64,000 nucleotides of DNA from contig JBGLND010000001.1 in NCBI GenBank assembly GCA_041305945.1, positions 1,717,210 through 1,781,209 of the forward strand, written 5' to 3'. The DNA comes from Promethearchaeota archaeon. GTDB taxonomy: Archaea > Asgardarchaeota > Lokiarchaeia > Sigyniarchaeales > Sigyniarchaeaceae. The translations under genes were made by a program, and so were the position numbers. A model generated the notes under the pieces. The model was not told the origin of the DNA. It was given only the letters and a program-made list of their open reading frames with translations, and did not search any database. This document shows positions 34,689 through 43,762 of the stretch, in pieces; positions within the stretch are counted from its first letter, which is position 1; each line of letters opens with the position of its first letter.

Positions 34689-35765
34689 TTACAAGTATCT
34701 ATTCAAGAACGCGGGGAGCTTGTTGAAGATGAACTCGTGCTTGACATCAGCAACATCTCTATCGAGGTTTTCGGGGTGTCCAGATGCCTTGTAGATGGCT
34801 AGCAATTTTTGGTACGCCTTCGTGGTGTTATCGAATATGAAACAATCGTCTCTCGTACCTGCCTCGATGAGAAGCGGCCGGGGAGCGATCAGTCCTACCA
34901 CGTCAGGAATGTCCCCCCATTCGAGGAGACCATGAATGTACTGGGCACCACAAAAATTTCCCGTGCCGCGCATTGATATTGCATCGTCTAACGTGCTCAG
35001 ATAGCCTGATACCACCGCACATTTCACGCGATCGTCCAACGCGGTGGCATAGGTGGTCATGGTCCCACCATACGATTTTCCTATCATGGCGATCCGCGCG
35101 GGATCGACGAATGGCAGCGATTGCAGCACGTCGATCGACCGCATCGCGTCCCACACGTTCAGCGCCAGCAGCGAGTACCCGAGGTAGCCGAACGCCATGG
35201 CGGTGACGTTGCACGGGTCCCTGTTTTGCCTGCAGAACACGGGATCCAGCGCCCGCTCGCCGAATGCCCGCCAGTCCGGCGCGAGCACGACGTATCCTTC
35301 CTTTACCAAGTGGACAGCCGCGGCCTCCACGTTCGGGGCATCCTTGCCCCACGTGGTCATGTCAATGCCAACCATCTGTGATTTTCCCGCGCCATGCCCG
35401 TGGGCGCAGAGCACTGTAGGTCGCCTTTCCCCCCTGCCTAGCCCGCCGGGGACGAGCAGGTATGCCGGCACCGACGCGTGCGCGTCGGCATTGTATAGTA
35501 CCTTTTGCTGCAAGAATCGCGGGATGCCCCCATCCTCGAAGTCGTCGATGGCTTGTTCTTCGACGATCTCGAGTTCGAGGGGAACCGGATCTGGAAACCG
35601 TCCAAGTAGATCCTTGATCTTGGTTTTAAATGATGATTTCCACCCGGTAAATTCAAAACCTTCCTTGAAGGCAAGCTTTCTCGGTGCATCGCGGACCATC
35701 GAGAAAAATTGGTCTTCTACGGCCACTTGCCTCTTGGTCGTGGGCTGGCGCGGGGGTAGGTCCAT
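34689..35765 (-). CDS. alpha/beta hydrolase (acetyl-xylan-esterase/dienelactone-hydrolase-like)
   Basis: It has the nucleophile elbow IGKSYGG and an HGHGAG oxyanion region. The length and order of blocks fit the AXE1/DLH type. Confidence 0.75.
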   Translation of the reverse strand: MDLPPRQPTTKRQVAVEDQFFSMVRDAPRKLAFKEGFEFTGWKSSFKTKIKDLLGRFPDPVPLELEIVEEQAIDDFEDGGIPRFLQQKVLYNADAHASVPAYLLVPGGLGRGERRPTVLCAHGHGAGKSQMVGIDMTTWGKDAPNVEAAAVHLVKEGYVVLAPDWRAFGERALDPVFCRQNRDPCNVTAMAFGYLGYSLLALNVWDAMRSIDVLQSLPFVDPARIAMIGKSYGGTMTTYATALDDRVKCAVVSGYLSTLDDAISMRGTGNFCGAQYIHGLLEWGDIPDVVGLIAPRPLLIEAGTRDDCFIFDNTTKAYQKLLAIYKASGHPENLDRDVADVKHEFIFNKLPAFLNRYL

Positions 35766-35800
35766 GGTTGAAGAATGACGCGAGGAAAAATAAAATAAAA

Positions 35801-36121
35801 CTACGGCCACGTGAAGGAGAACGTGAACTTCCTCGCCGTGGAGCGGTAATATTTCAACTTGATGCCGTACTCGTTCGTGTCGATTGCCGATAGAATCGCG
35901 AGACCATGCTGGACGAGCAAGTCAACATGGCGCTTGATCGTGCCCGGGTTCATTTTCGTGACCTTACTCAAATCGATGATGTTGCGAGGATTTTCGATGA
36001 GCAATTTCATAATACTTTCTCGTTTCTCATGAAAGAGCACGGGAATAACGCGTGCATCCGTCACGATCAAATCATCCTTGATTTCAAGGCTCGCGGGCTC
36101 GTCACGGCCCATTCGCATCAT
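35801..36121 (-). CDS. ArsR-like winged-helix transcription regulator
   Basis: RESIMKLLIENPRNIIDLSKVTKMNPGTIKRHVDLLVQHGL is a wHTH motif. The ORF extends to 36166 (His-rich MYHKGTTIEHHHHPE). Confidence 0.7.
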   Translation of the reverse strand: MMRMGRDEPASLEIKDDLIVTDARVIPVLFHEKRESIMKLLIENPRNIIDLSKVTKMNPGTIKRHVDLLVQHGLAILSAIDTNEYGIKLKYYRSTARKFTFSFTWP

Positions 36122-38003
36122 CTCGGGATGGTGGTGATGTTCGATCGTGGTTCCCTTGTGATACATCCGGGCCCTCTTTTTCTTGCCCGAATGCCACCAC
36201 GTTCTTGATGCTGTGATATATCCTGGCTGCGATCAACGCCATCAAGGGATAACCGACCAGGATGAAAACAACAAGATAAGCAAACGATGCAGTGGCAACG
36301 ATCGAGTAGAGCGGGAATAATGGCGTCTCCGGAGAAACTTGTACCATGGCTGCCAAGAGCATGCTCATGACGACCTCGGGAATCACGAATATCGCGTAAT
36401 AACACCCCCACGTCCTGAAAAACCGTCCGGGCACGGACTTGAACAAATTGAGCTGCAACCTCACGCTCCGCGTGAACCGTCCCGTGTCCGCGTAGATGGG
36501 GAACACGCCTCCGAACACGACCAGCATCACGAAGAACAGGCTATATCCTATCGCCGGCACGGGGATGAGCCACGCCTGGGGAATCGAACCTGTCATGTGG
36601 CTGATCCCGATTATGAAGAGGCTGGTGCCCGATAGGATGGTTATGAACAGGTAGCCTATGCCGGATTTCCAGAACATCTTGTTCACTTGCCTCGTGTTAC
36701 TCACGATCTCGCCAGTTCCCATCGCCTGGTGGGCAATGACGTGCTGGGGCGAAAGGAAAAACGTGATGATCAGCATATCCACGAGGAATAGCGTGACGTC
36801 GTGTAACCGGGCCGATTGCAAGAAGCGAAATTCATCCGTGTTCACGATGATGTTCTCGATGAACAGCAACGAGATGCGGATTGCCCCGTACAAGAGAATG
36901 GTGATGAGCACGTTGAGGGAGATGTTTTTATTGTTCGCCTTGAAGATCATCCATGCCACGCGTAAATCCAACCGCGTCTTGTCATCCCCCGTGGATTCCT
37001 TCCTGAGCACGTTCGAGGCCTCGCCCGGTGCTCGCGTGGTTGTGACCCTCTCCAGGGACAAGGCCTCCATGTCTATGGGCTGCTTGTCATGTTTCTTGTC
37101 CCACCGCAAGAATATGAGGGTTGCAACGATGGATATGGCCGCGACGATCACGATCGCGACCAGGAAAAATATCTCCGGCCTGTTCATGATGAAGTTGCCG
37201 GCTTGCTCCACCACCGCGTTGTTGACCGACATCCCGTAGGTGTTGCAAAACAGCGTGTTGTTCGTGATCGAGATCCCGAGCGAATCGGTGACCTTGATCC
37301 CGTGGTGGTTGTTGAAGCAATGGTTCTCCGAGAGTGTTGATGCCGTTGTATTGGAGACGAGTATGCCTGAATTCCCTCCCGAGCACGTGTTTTTCTCGAT
37401 GGTTATCCCCGTGGAATGGAGGATTTCTATTTTATTACTCGTCATGGTACAAGTATTCTTGCCAACAAACGCCGAGGTTGACTTGTAAAGCATAATGGCA
37501 CCGGCACCCCTTCCTTGTCCCGTGACTGTGTTCTGCACTATCGAGAATTGCTGGGATTGTTCCACCATCACTCCGCAATCCGTCGTGTTGGTCACGTGGT
37601 TGCTGGAGATGTTAAACGGGCTTGTCGCGTTGATGATATGGATTCCAACGCGCACCTTCCCGCCTCCATCGATCGAGCATTCCCGAACGATGAAACTATC
37701 GGTGACGTTTTCAATTCTCAAGAAAGCCCGTTTATCATCGCCTTCATAGATGTATTCGAGTCCTTCTATTATCCATGGATTTGCTGGAGAGCCATCCCCG
37801 CCATTCACGATGGGAGAGGTCAAGAAGTCCTCGTTTCTTGAAATGCTATATTCTTGACCCGTGGATGGGGTGATGCATAGTTCCGTGCCAAGGCCGTCAT
37901 TCGTTGGCATGCTATCTCCCCCGGCCGAGGCGGTAACGACCACGGTGAAAACCAGCATCGCGAGGAAGCAAGCTTGCAACAATACGGTTCTTGTTCTTTT
38001 CAT
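36102..38003 (-). CDS. secreted NosD-like beta-helix domain fused to a C-terminal ~7-TM membrane domain
   Basis: Signal MKRTRTVLLQACFLAMLVFTVVVTASA, then GDGSPANPWIIEGL and beta-helix coils. The TM is IFFLVAIVIVAAISIVATLIFL, followed by a polytopic region. Confidence 0.7.
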   Translation of the reverse strand: MKRTRTVLLQACFLAMLVFTVVVTASAGGDSMPTNDGLGTELCITPSTGQEYSISRNEDFLTSPIVNGGDGSPANPWIIEGLEYIYEGDDKRAFLRIENVTDSFIVRECSIDGGGKVRVGIHIINATSPFNISSNHVTNTTDCGVMVEQSQQFSIVQNTVTGQGRGAGAIMLYKSTSAFVGKNTCTMTSNKIEILHSTGITIEKNTCSGGNSGILVSNTTASTLSENHCFNNHHGIKVTDSLGISITNNTLFCNTYGMSVNNAVVEQAGNFIMNRPEIFFLVAIVIVAAISIVATLIFLRWDKKHDKQPIDMEALSLERVTTTRAPGEASNVLRKESTGDDKTRLDLRVAWMIFKANNKNISLNVLITILLYGAIRISLLFIENIIVNTDEFRFLQSARLHDVTLFLVDMLIITFFLSPQHVIAHQAMGTGEIVSNTRQVNKMFWKSGIGYLFITILSGTSLFIIGISHMTGSIPQAWLIPVPAIGYSLFFVMLVVFGGVFPIYADTGRFTRSVRLQLNLFKSVPGRFFRTWGCYYAIFVIPEVVMSMLLAAMVQVSPETPLFPLYSIVATASFAYLVVFILVGYPLMALIAARIYHSIKNVVAFGQEKEGPDVSQGNHDRTSPPSRDDANGP

Positions 38004-38161
38004 GATTGGATCATCCGTCCTCATCATTTTGCATTTCACGCAAAATGTCACGTTATCTTTCCACGCGAGGTTATTTAAATTTTGCTAAAAATGCAAAATG
38101 ACGGAAACACGAACCGGTACGCCGTTGGAATGATGATGGGTACAAGTGATGCTAGGCGCGT

Positions 38162-39757
38162 TTAACCGTCCTTATCGAAGTCGATCGAGACGTGGAATGA
38201 CACCGGTTCACCTGGTTTCGTGATGATCGCCCGGTACTCGCTTCCAAGAGGTGATTCCATGACGCGGGCGGTTGCTGGCGTTATCCGTATATCTTTTACC
38301 TTGCCGGGGAACTTGATCGTGATTTCGGCGGGAATAGTGGGTTCTATGGAAGCATCAAGCAAGCCACTCCCCGTATCCCACGAGAAGCCAATCCCGATCC
38401 CGCACCTGCACTTGAGTCCCGATATTGACCCTTTCTGCCACGATTTCGGGCGCGCGGGCAGTATCTTCACCATGGTTTCGCTGGAAAACACGAGCATCTC
38501 GAGCACCGCCGCCACGATGCCGAAGTTCGCATCGATCTGGAAGAGCTTGTCGATGAAGTCCCAGTACAAGGTGAGCCCCATGTGCCGCCAGTCGTTATGG
38601 TAGGTGAACAAGTTCTCGCCGACGCACGAGCGGATCACGGTCTCGATGCACGCCAGCGCCCTGTCGCCCTGTCCCAACCGTGCCCAGATCGATGCCTGGT
38701 GCGCCAACGACCATCCCGATTGTGATTCCTGCCCGACGACCAGCCGCTTGTCGACCGCGACCCGGCACGCGTCGAAAATCTCGGGACGAGTTTCCTTGGT
38801 GATCTCGAACCCCGGGAAGAGCGGGTAGATGTGGGAGATGTGGCGATGGTGGTAGTTGTCGGGGAGGCGCGGGTCGAGCCATTCCCGCATCGCGCCGTCG
38901 GCGTTCACTTCGTACGGCGGGAGCTTGGCAAGCATCGATTTCCACCTCCCGACCCCCGTCGCCTCGGTGCCCAAGCGCTCGCACGCCTTGCATAGATTCG
39001 AGAGGACCTCCTTCGCAACCGCGACATCCATGGTGGCATTCACGGTGGCAAGCGAGCCGTCGGGGATGCTTGGAACGTTTTCCGGGGACAATGACGGGCT
39101 GAACACGAGCATGCCATTCCCGTCCTCGATCAAGAAGTCCTCGTAGAACGTTGCAATTTCCTTCAAGTAGGGAACCACGCGGCCGCGCAAGAACGCGTCG
39201 TCGCGCGTGAAGAGCCAGTAGTCAAAGAACAACTGGGAGAGCCAGCCCGCGCCCGACACCCAGTTCAGCCACGGCCCGCCGTAGAGCGGTGCCTTGCCCT
39301 TCACGGTTTGCGCGATGGGCGCGAGGATGCCCCGGCACCCGTAGACGACACGGGCATTGCGCCGGCAGTCCTCCAAGCACGCCTCGTAGAAGTCGAAGTA
39401 AGGCAACGTGGTTTCAGCGAAATTCCCCGGCAGGGCAGCCCAGTAATTCATCTGGATGTTCTCGTCGTTGTGGTAGTCGCTGCTCCACGGGGGAAAGTAA
39501 TACCCGTTCCACACGCCTTGCAAGTTGGCAGGCCACCCGCCCGGGCGCGAGCTGCACGCGAGCAGGTACCGGCCGTAGTAAAACATGCGCTCGACGAGCG
39601 CGGCGGGCACGTCACCATCATATGCGTCGAGGAGCAAGGCCTCGTTCGTTTTCTTCCGGCTATCGTGCTCCACGCCGAGGTCCAGCGCGACCCTGTTGTA
39701 CAAGGCCTGGTGCAGCTTGCTGCTCGCCCGGAGCAACTCATCGTAGGTGCCCGTCAT
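38162..39757 (-). CDS. glycoside hydrolase family 95 (alpha-L-fucosidase-like), N-terminal ~270 aa missing
   Basis: ANLQGVWNGYYFPPWSSDYHNDENIQMNYWAALPGNFAE and the following (alpha/alpha)6 blocks are GH95-like. The fragment begins at the TYDELL ... YNRVALDLG linker that normally follows the N-terminal beta-sandwich. Confidence 0.7.
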   Translation of the reverse strand: MTGTYDELLRASSKLHQALYNRVALDLGVEHDSRKKTNEALLLDAYDGDVPAALVERMFYYGRYLLACSSRPGGWPANLQGVWNGYYFPPWSSDYHNDENIQMNYWAALPGNFAETTLPYFDFYEACLEDCRRNARVVYGCRGILAPIAQTVKGKAPLYGGPWLNWVSGAGWLSQLFFDYWLFTRDDAFLRGRVVPYLKEIATFYEDFLIEDGNGMLVFSPSLSPENVPSIPDGSLATVNATMDVAVAKEVLSNLCKACERLGTEATGVGRWKSMLAKLPPYEVNADGAMREWLDPRLPDNYHHRHISHIYPLFPGFEITKETRPEIFDACRVAVDKRLVVGQESQSGWSLAHQASIWARLGQGDRALACIETVIRSCVGENLFTYHNDWRHMGLTLYWDFIDKLFQIDANFGIVAAVLEMLVFSSETMVKILPARPKSWQKGSISGLKCRCGIGIGFSWDTGSGLLDASIEPTIPAEITIKFPGKVKDIRITPATARVMESPLGSEYRAIITKPGEPVSFHVSIDFDKDG

Positions 39758-39780
39758 GGTGCCGAGCGGTGGTTTCCTAC

Positions 39781-42405
39781 TCAGGGAGTGGCCGAAATCG
39801 ACATCGACACCCGGGAAACCGAGGTTACCGACCTGAAAATAAATCCGCCGGTTGACGCGACGCTGTTCCAGTTGATGGTGAAGTTGCGAACGTCGGACCA
39901 CGCCTTTGCCCATGCCCCGTAGGTCGCCCGTACCCGCCAGTAATAGGTGCCCTTGCCGAGGTTGATCGTCCTGGTGAGGCTCGTCGTGGCACCGGCCTCG
40001 GGGATGCTGGCGTTCTCGAGCAAGATGGTAGAGAAATCTGGGTATCTTGACAGTTGCCACGTGTAATTCACGTTGTAGGGCAACGAGAGGCTGTTCCACG
40101 TGAATGTCCTGGTCCCGTTTGTCAGCGTGGCTCCGCCGGCAGGTGATACCAAGGTTGGCTTGTAACTGGCGTCAACGGTCGGATACCGGTACAAGATGGC
40201 GAAGTTTGTGGTCGCCGGCGTCAATCCCGTGTATGCGTTGTAGTAGGCCGTGTTGTAGCCGTAGTTCAAGCCCGTGGTGTATCCACCTGCCGTGTACTGC
40301 GTGCTCTGGTAGTTAAAGACGATGTCGCCACTCTCGTGCAAGACGACTTGGAAGCTCCCGATTAATTGCCCGCCAAGCGTGTAATAATTGTTCCATTCCA
40401 CGACGAAGGTGCTCGGGTCCGGCGAGAACGTGAAGATGTTGGACGGGTTCGCGCACCTGAGATCGTCCCAGAATGGAGAGATCACGAGGTTGTAGGCATT
40501 GGTCGGGAACGCGGGATTGCTCCACGCGTTGTAACCCGGGATGCTCAAGTAGCCGTTCGTGCACACGTAAATCTGCGTGTTCGTGTAATCGTAGAACGGG
40601 AACGAGAACGGGATGGTGACCTGCGTTGCGAGGTCATCCCAGCCCGCCAGCGCTGTGAGGCGCGTCCCGCCGGTCGCGTCGATCCAGCTGAACCCGTACC
40701 CCGGCGTTTGGACGTAGTTATACAGACCTGCCGCGCGTTCAAGCGATGGGGGGAACGGTACCAGCACAGGGCCCGTGATCCACCCCGTTGCAACGGCCGT
40801 GCTGCCATCCGACGCGTTGAACCTGAACTGGTACGTGCCGAACGATGGCAGCGTGCCGCTGTAACCGTAAATTTTCCCGTCGGTCACGTCCGTGTCCCCC
40901 GCATCCGTGCCCGACAAGGCGTAAGGGGCGCTGCTGTTGATGGTCACGGTGATGCTGGACGGGGCGTCCCCGTCAATGTCAATGTAGGTCACGAGGAACG
41001 TGAACGTCGTTCCCGTGTGCCCGGTGCCCGGGTCCACGTTCGGCGATACAAGCACCGGCGCATGGTTCACGGGCGCGGCGACCGTTGGCCCCGTGAACGG
41101 CCCGATGGACCCGAGCCGGGTCCCGTCGCTGCAATTGAACGTGAACCTGTAGGGGTAGGCCGCGACTACCAAGGATGCGGTCGAGAACGTGTAAATGCAC
41201 CCGTCCGAGTAGACGGAATCATCGTATGCCTTCGACATCGCGTGCAGCGTGCCGTTGATGTACACGCGAACATATGATGGCGCGTTGTTGTCCGCATCCG
41301 TGTACGTCACGTAGAACGTGAACGTGTCGAGGCTCGTGCCAATCGTGGGGTTGACGAAGCCGTTGCTCAGCACCGGCGCGAAGTCGTTTCTGGTCAACGT
41401 GAACTCGAAGATGCCCGACCAATCCTGGGTGAAGCCCCCGAATGACGCCCGCACGCGCCAGTAATACTTGCCTGCCGGCATCTGCAAGTCCTGGACATAG
41501 CTTGTCTGGGTGGCAGTTTCGGCGATGGACGTGTTCTGCGTCACTATCGTTGCAAAGTCCTTCCTGCTGGAAAGTTGCCACGTGTATGTCACCGCGCCGC
41601 ACGGGAGTTCCAAGCTGTTCCACGTGAACGTCGCTGACCCGTTGGCCCTGCTCGATCCGTTCGCCGGCAGGACCAGCGTTGCCGGGTTCAAATTGAAGAA
41701 CGGGGTCACTTCCGGCCCGATGATCCACGGCGAGACGATCTCGTGCTGGCTGTCGTTGAAGGTGAACCTGTACCAGTACACGCCGATGATGTCCAATGTC
41801 GAGTTGTCGTGGTGGTAATTTCGCCCGTCCACGTAGTTCGTGTCGGCAGGTGGCGTTGCTGTCATGGTCGCCGTGTAATTGCCGCCGTTCGGGTCGCGGA
41901 TGGTGACGGTGAGCACCGTGGGCGCGTCGTTGTCCAAATCGAAGTAACGGACGGAGAACCGGTACGTCGTGCCTGAATTCCCCGCTGCCGGCGTGGCTTC
42001 GAGGTTCGTCAAGAATGGCCAGTCGTTCTCCTCGGGGGGTGCCAGCGCCACCACCGGGCCGGTGATGGCATTCGTCGTGACCACGTGGTACCCGTCGGAG
42101 CACGTGAAGTTGGCCGAGTACGTGTTGTTGGTCGCGAACTGGTACTGGTACGTGTAAACGCACCCGTCCGTGTAATCGACGTCCGCCGCGTACAACTTGT
42201 TCATGTTGAACGTGCCCTCGCCGGGGATGATCACCCGGATGTATCCCCCGCCCGTCGGCGCGTTGTTATCCGCATCCGTGTAGACCACCTGGTAGGTGAA
42301 GGTCTGTCCTGTCACCCCGCTCGTGGGTGTCACGAGCATGCCAGAGAGCACGGGGGGATTATCGTTCCAGACATGTAGGTCCCTTGATGAGCCCGCACAC
42401 GCCAA
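39781..42405 (-). CDS. modular surface adhesin, distal part (repeated ~100-aa YTDADNNAP modules, YYWRVRA modules, NIDO-like module); continuation of 42330-43421
   Basis: There are four copies of the T-F-T-F-x-V-x-Y-x-D-x-D-x-D-A-P ... DYTDG-x-Y module and two of the three P-x-L-x-S-P ... F-T-W ... Y-T-W-Q ... YYWRVRA modules. At 40180-40730 it reads IPFSFPFYDY ... VCTNGYLS ... ISPFWDDL ... FVVEWNN ... FQVVLHESGDIVFNY. Confidence 0.75.
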   Translation of the reverse strand: MACAGSSRDLHVWNDNPPVLSGMLVTPTSGVTGQTFTYQVVYTDADNNAPTGGGYIRVIIPGEGTFNMNKLYAADVDYTDGCVYTYQYQFATNNTYSANFTCSDGYHVVTTNAITGPVVALAPPEENDWPFLTNLEATPAAGNSGTTYRFSVRYFDLDNDAPTVLTVTIRDPNGGNYTATMTATPPADTNYVDGRNYHHDNSTLDIIGVYWYRFTFNDSQHEIVSPWIIGPEVTPFFNLNPATLVLPANGSSRANGSATFTWNSLELPCGAVTYTWQLSSRKDFATIVTQNTSIAETATQTSYVQDLQMPAGKYYWRVRASFGGFTQDWSGIFEFTLTRNDFAPVLSNGFVNPTIGTSLDTFTFYVTYTDADNNAPSYVRVYINGTLHAMSKAYDDSVYSDGCIYTFSTASLVVAAYPYRFTFNCSDGTRLGSIGPFTGPTVAAPVNHAPVLVSPNVDPGTGHTGTTFTFLVTYIDIDGDAPSSITVTINSSAPYALSGTDAGDTDVTDGKIYGYSGTLPSFGTYQFRFNASDGSTAVATGWITGPVLVPFPPSLERAAGLYNYVQTPGYGFSWIDATGGTRLTALAGWDDLATQVTIPFSFPFYDYTNTQIYVCTNGYLSIPGYNAWSNPAFPTNAYNLVISPFWDDLRCANPSNIFTFSPDPSTFVVEWNNYYTLGGQLIGSFQVVLHESGDIVFNYQSTQYTAGGYTTGLNYGYNTAYYNAYTGLTPATTNFAILYRYPTVDASYKPTLVSPAGGATLTNGTRTFTWNSLSLPYNVNYTWQLSRYPDFSTILLENASIPEAGATTSLTRTINLGKGTYYWRVRATYGAWAKAWSDVRNFTINWNSVASTGGFIFRSVTSVSRVSMSISATP

Positions 42406-43421
42406 TAGTAGGTTCCCTTCGAAAAATTCATAGTGTTGGTTATCGTGTTGGTCGTGAGGCTCGAGTTCTCGATCAAGATCGTCCCCGGGGTGAAACTGGG
42501 GCTATTGGAGAACTGGAACGTGTAATTCACCGTGCCGGTCGGGATGGACAGGCTCACCCACGTGAACGTCTGGGACCCATTTGCCCGTACTAGGTTATTG
42601 GCCGGGGAAGACAGCACTGGCACCGGGGTTCCGTCTATGAACGGGCGGACCAGCAACCCGCTGATCCACGCGGTCGCCGTTGAGTAGATGCCATCGGTTG
42701 CCCGGAACATGAACTGGTACGTGCCCACGGTGGTCAACGTCACCGCGTGGGAATAATACTTGCCATCGACCGTGTTGGTGTCCCCCGCGTCCACTTGCGT
42801 CAAGGCAGTCGTGGTGCTTGCCCCGGTGGAACTATTATACGTCACGTTGATCGTGGTGGGAAGCGTGTTTTCCTTGTCGATGTAAAGCACGCGAAACGTG
42901 GTGACGGCCGTGCCACTTCCCACGCCGGGCGTGGCGTCGGGCGAGGAGAGTTGCGGTGCCGTGTTGGTGGCCGTGACGATCAAGTACCGCGTGGTCGTCG
43001 TGTTGGTTTGCGCGCCCGCGGTGCACGTGAAGTAGTAGCTCGTGTTGCCCACCGGCATCGTGTGCGTGTACCTGTAGATGCACCCGTCCGTGTAATCCGT
43101 GTCGCCCGAATATAGCTTAGGCATAGCAGTTGGGGTGCCGTTCAAGACGACGTTCATGGGGGACGGTGCGTCGTTGTCGGCGTCGAAAAACACGACCTCG
43201 AATATGAACGTCGTGAACTGGTTCCCTGACGAGGGAAAAACCTGCCCCGATTGCAGCTCGGGTGCGGCAGATTCAACAATTCCATCGTTGGGCAACAAAT
43301 TGCCGTTATCGTTCGCATCAAAATTTAATGAAACGATATTGAATGCAAGCATGAAGAGCAAAGCGGGAACGCCTATTCTGATGAAGGCCTCCGCGTGCTC
43401 TCGTCCATTCATCCTTTTCAT
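42330..43421 (-). CDS. modular surface adhesin, proximal part with signal anchor; separated from 39781-42405 by a frameshift or internal deletion
   Basis: MKRMNGREHAEAFIRIGVPALLFMLAFNIV, then the same module types. It ends GTYYWRVRAHQGTY..., while the next frame continues ...HVWNDNPPVLSG. Confidence 0.75.
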   Translation of the reverse strand: MKRMNGREHAEAFIRIGVPALLFMLAFNIVSLNFDANDNGNLLPNDGIVESAAPELQSGQVFPSSGNQFTTFIFEVVFFDADNDAPSPMNVVLNGTPTAMPKLYSGDTDYTDGCIYRYTHTMPVGNTSYYFTCTAGAQTNTTTTRYLIVTATNTAPQLSSPDATPGVGSGTAVTTFRVLYIDKENTLPTTINVTYNSSTGASTTTALTQVDAGDTNTVDGKYYSHAVTLTTVGTYQFMFRATDGIYSTATAWISGLLVRPFIDGTPVPVLSSPANNLVRANGSQTFTWVSLSIPTGTVNYTFQFSNSPSFTPGTILIENSSLTTNTITNTMNFSKGTYYWRVRAHQGTYMSGTIIPPCSLACS

Positions 43422-43753
43422 TTTTGTATCTCCTCGTGGGATGCTGTTTCAAAAAAAACATGCTATACGGGGGCATGCTCCCCGTTCGATTGTCCTATTT
43501 TCCTAGCTTATCGTAATGCCAATATATATGTTTCCTTCTTGAGGAGGAAAACCCGTGTTGGAGACATGGGAATCTATATCGAGAAAGCACCCGTGGCACC
43601 GGTGAGTCGGGTATTTTAGAGGGAAGTCCGTGTACCTCCGCGGATATCTCCCGGCGTTCTCGCGCATACATTTAAATATCTGTATAATGAACCTCAATCA
43701 CTATCACCTTTAACAACAACCATTAGGTTTTCAAAATAAGAGGAGCATCAACA

Positions 43754-43758
43754 GGTGA
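43754..43758 (+). promoter_or_regulatory. Shine-Dalgarno-like GGTGA 5 nt upstream of the ATG at 43763
   Basis: The context AGGTGAT is complementary to the conserved archaeal 16S 3' end (..GAUCACCUCC). Confidence 0.4.
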
Positions 43759-43762
43759 TTTT

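Noticed and set aside
39289-42163. Several 190-315-aa ORFs in other frames within the GH95 fragment and the adhesin
   Set aside because: They are off-frame or antisense products of GC-rich repetitive coding sequence. The retained frames show repeated, interpretable modules.
42330-42405. Programmed ribosomal frameshift in the adhesin
   Set aside because: About 12 residues of the repeat module are missing at the break, which indicates a deletion rather than a slippery-site frameshift.
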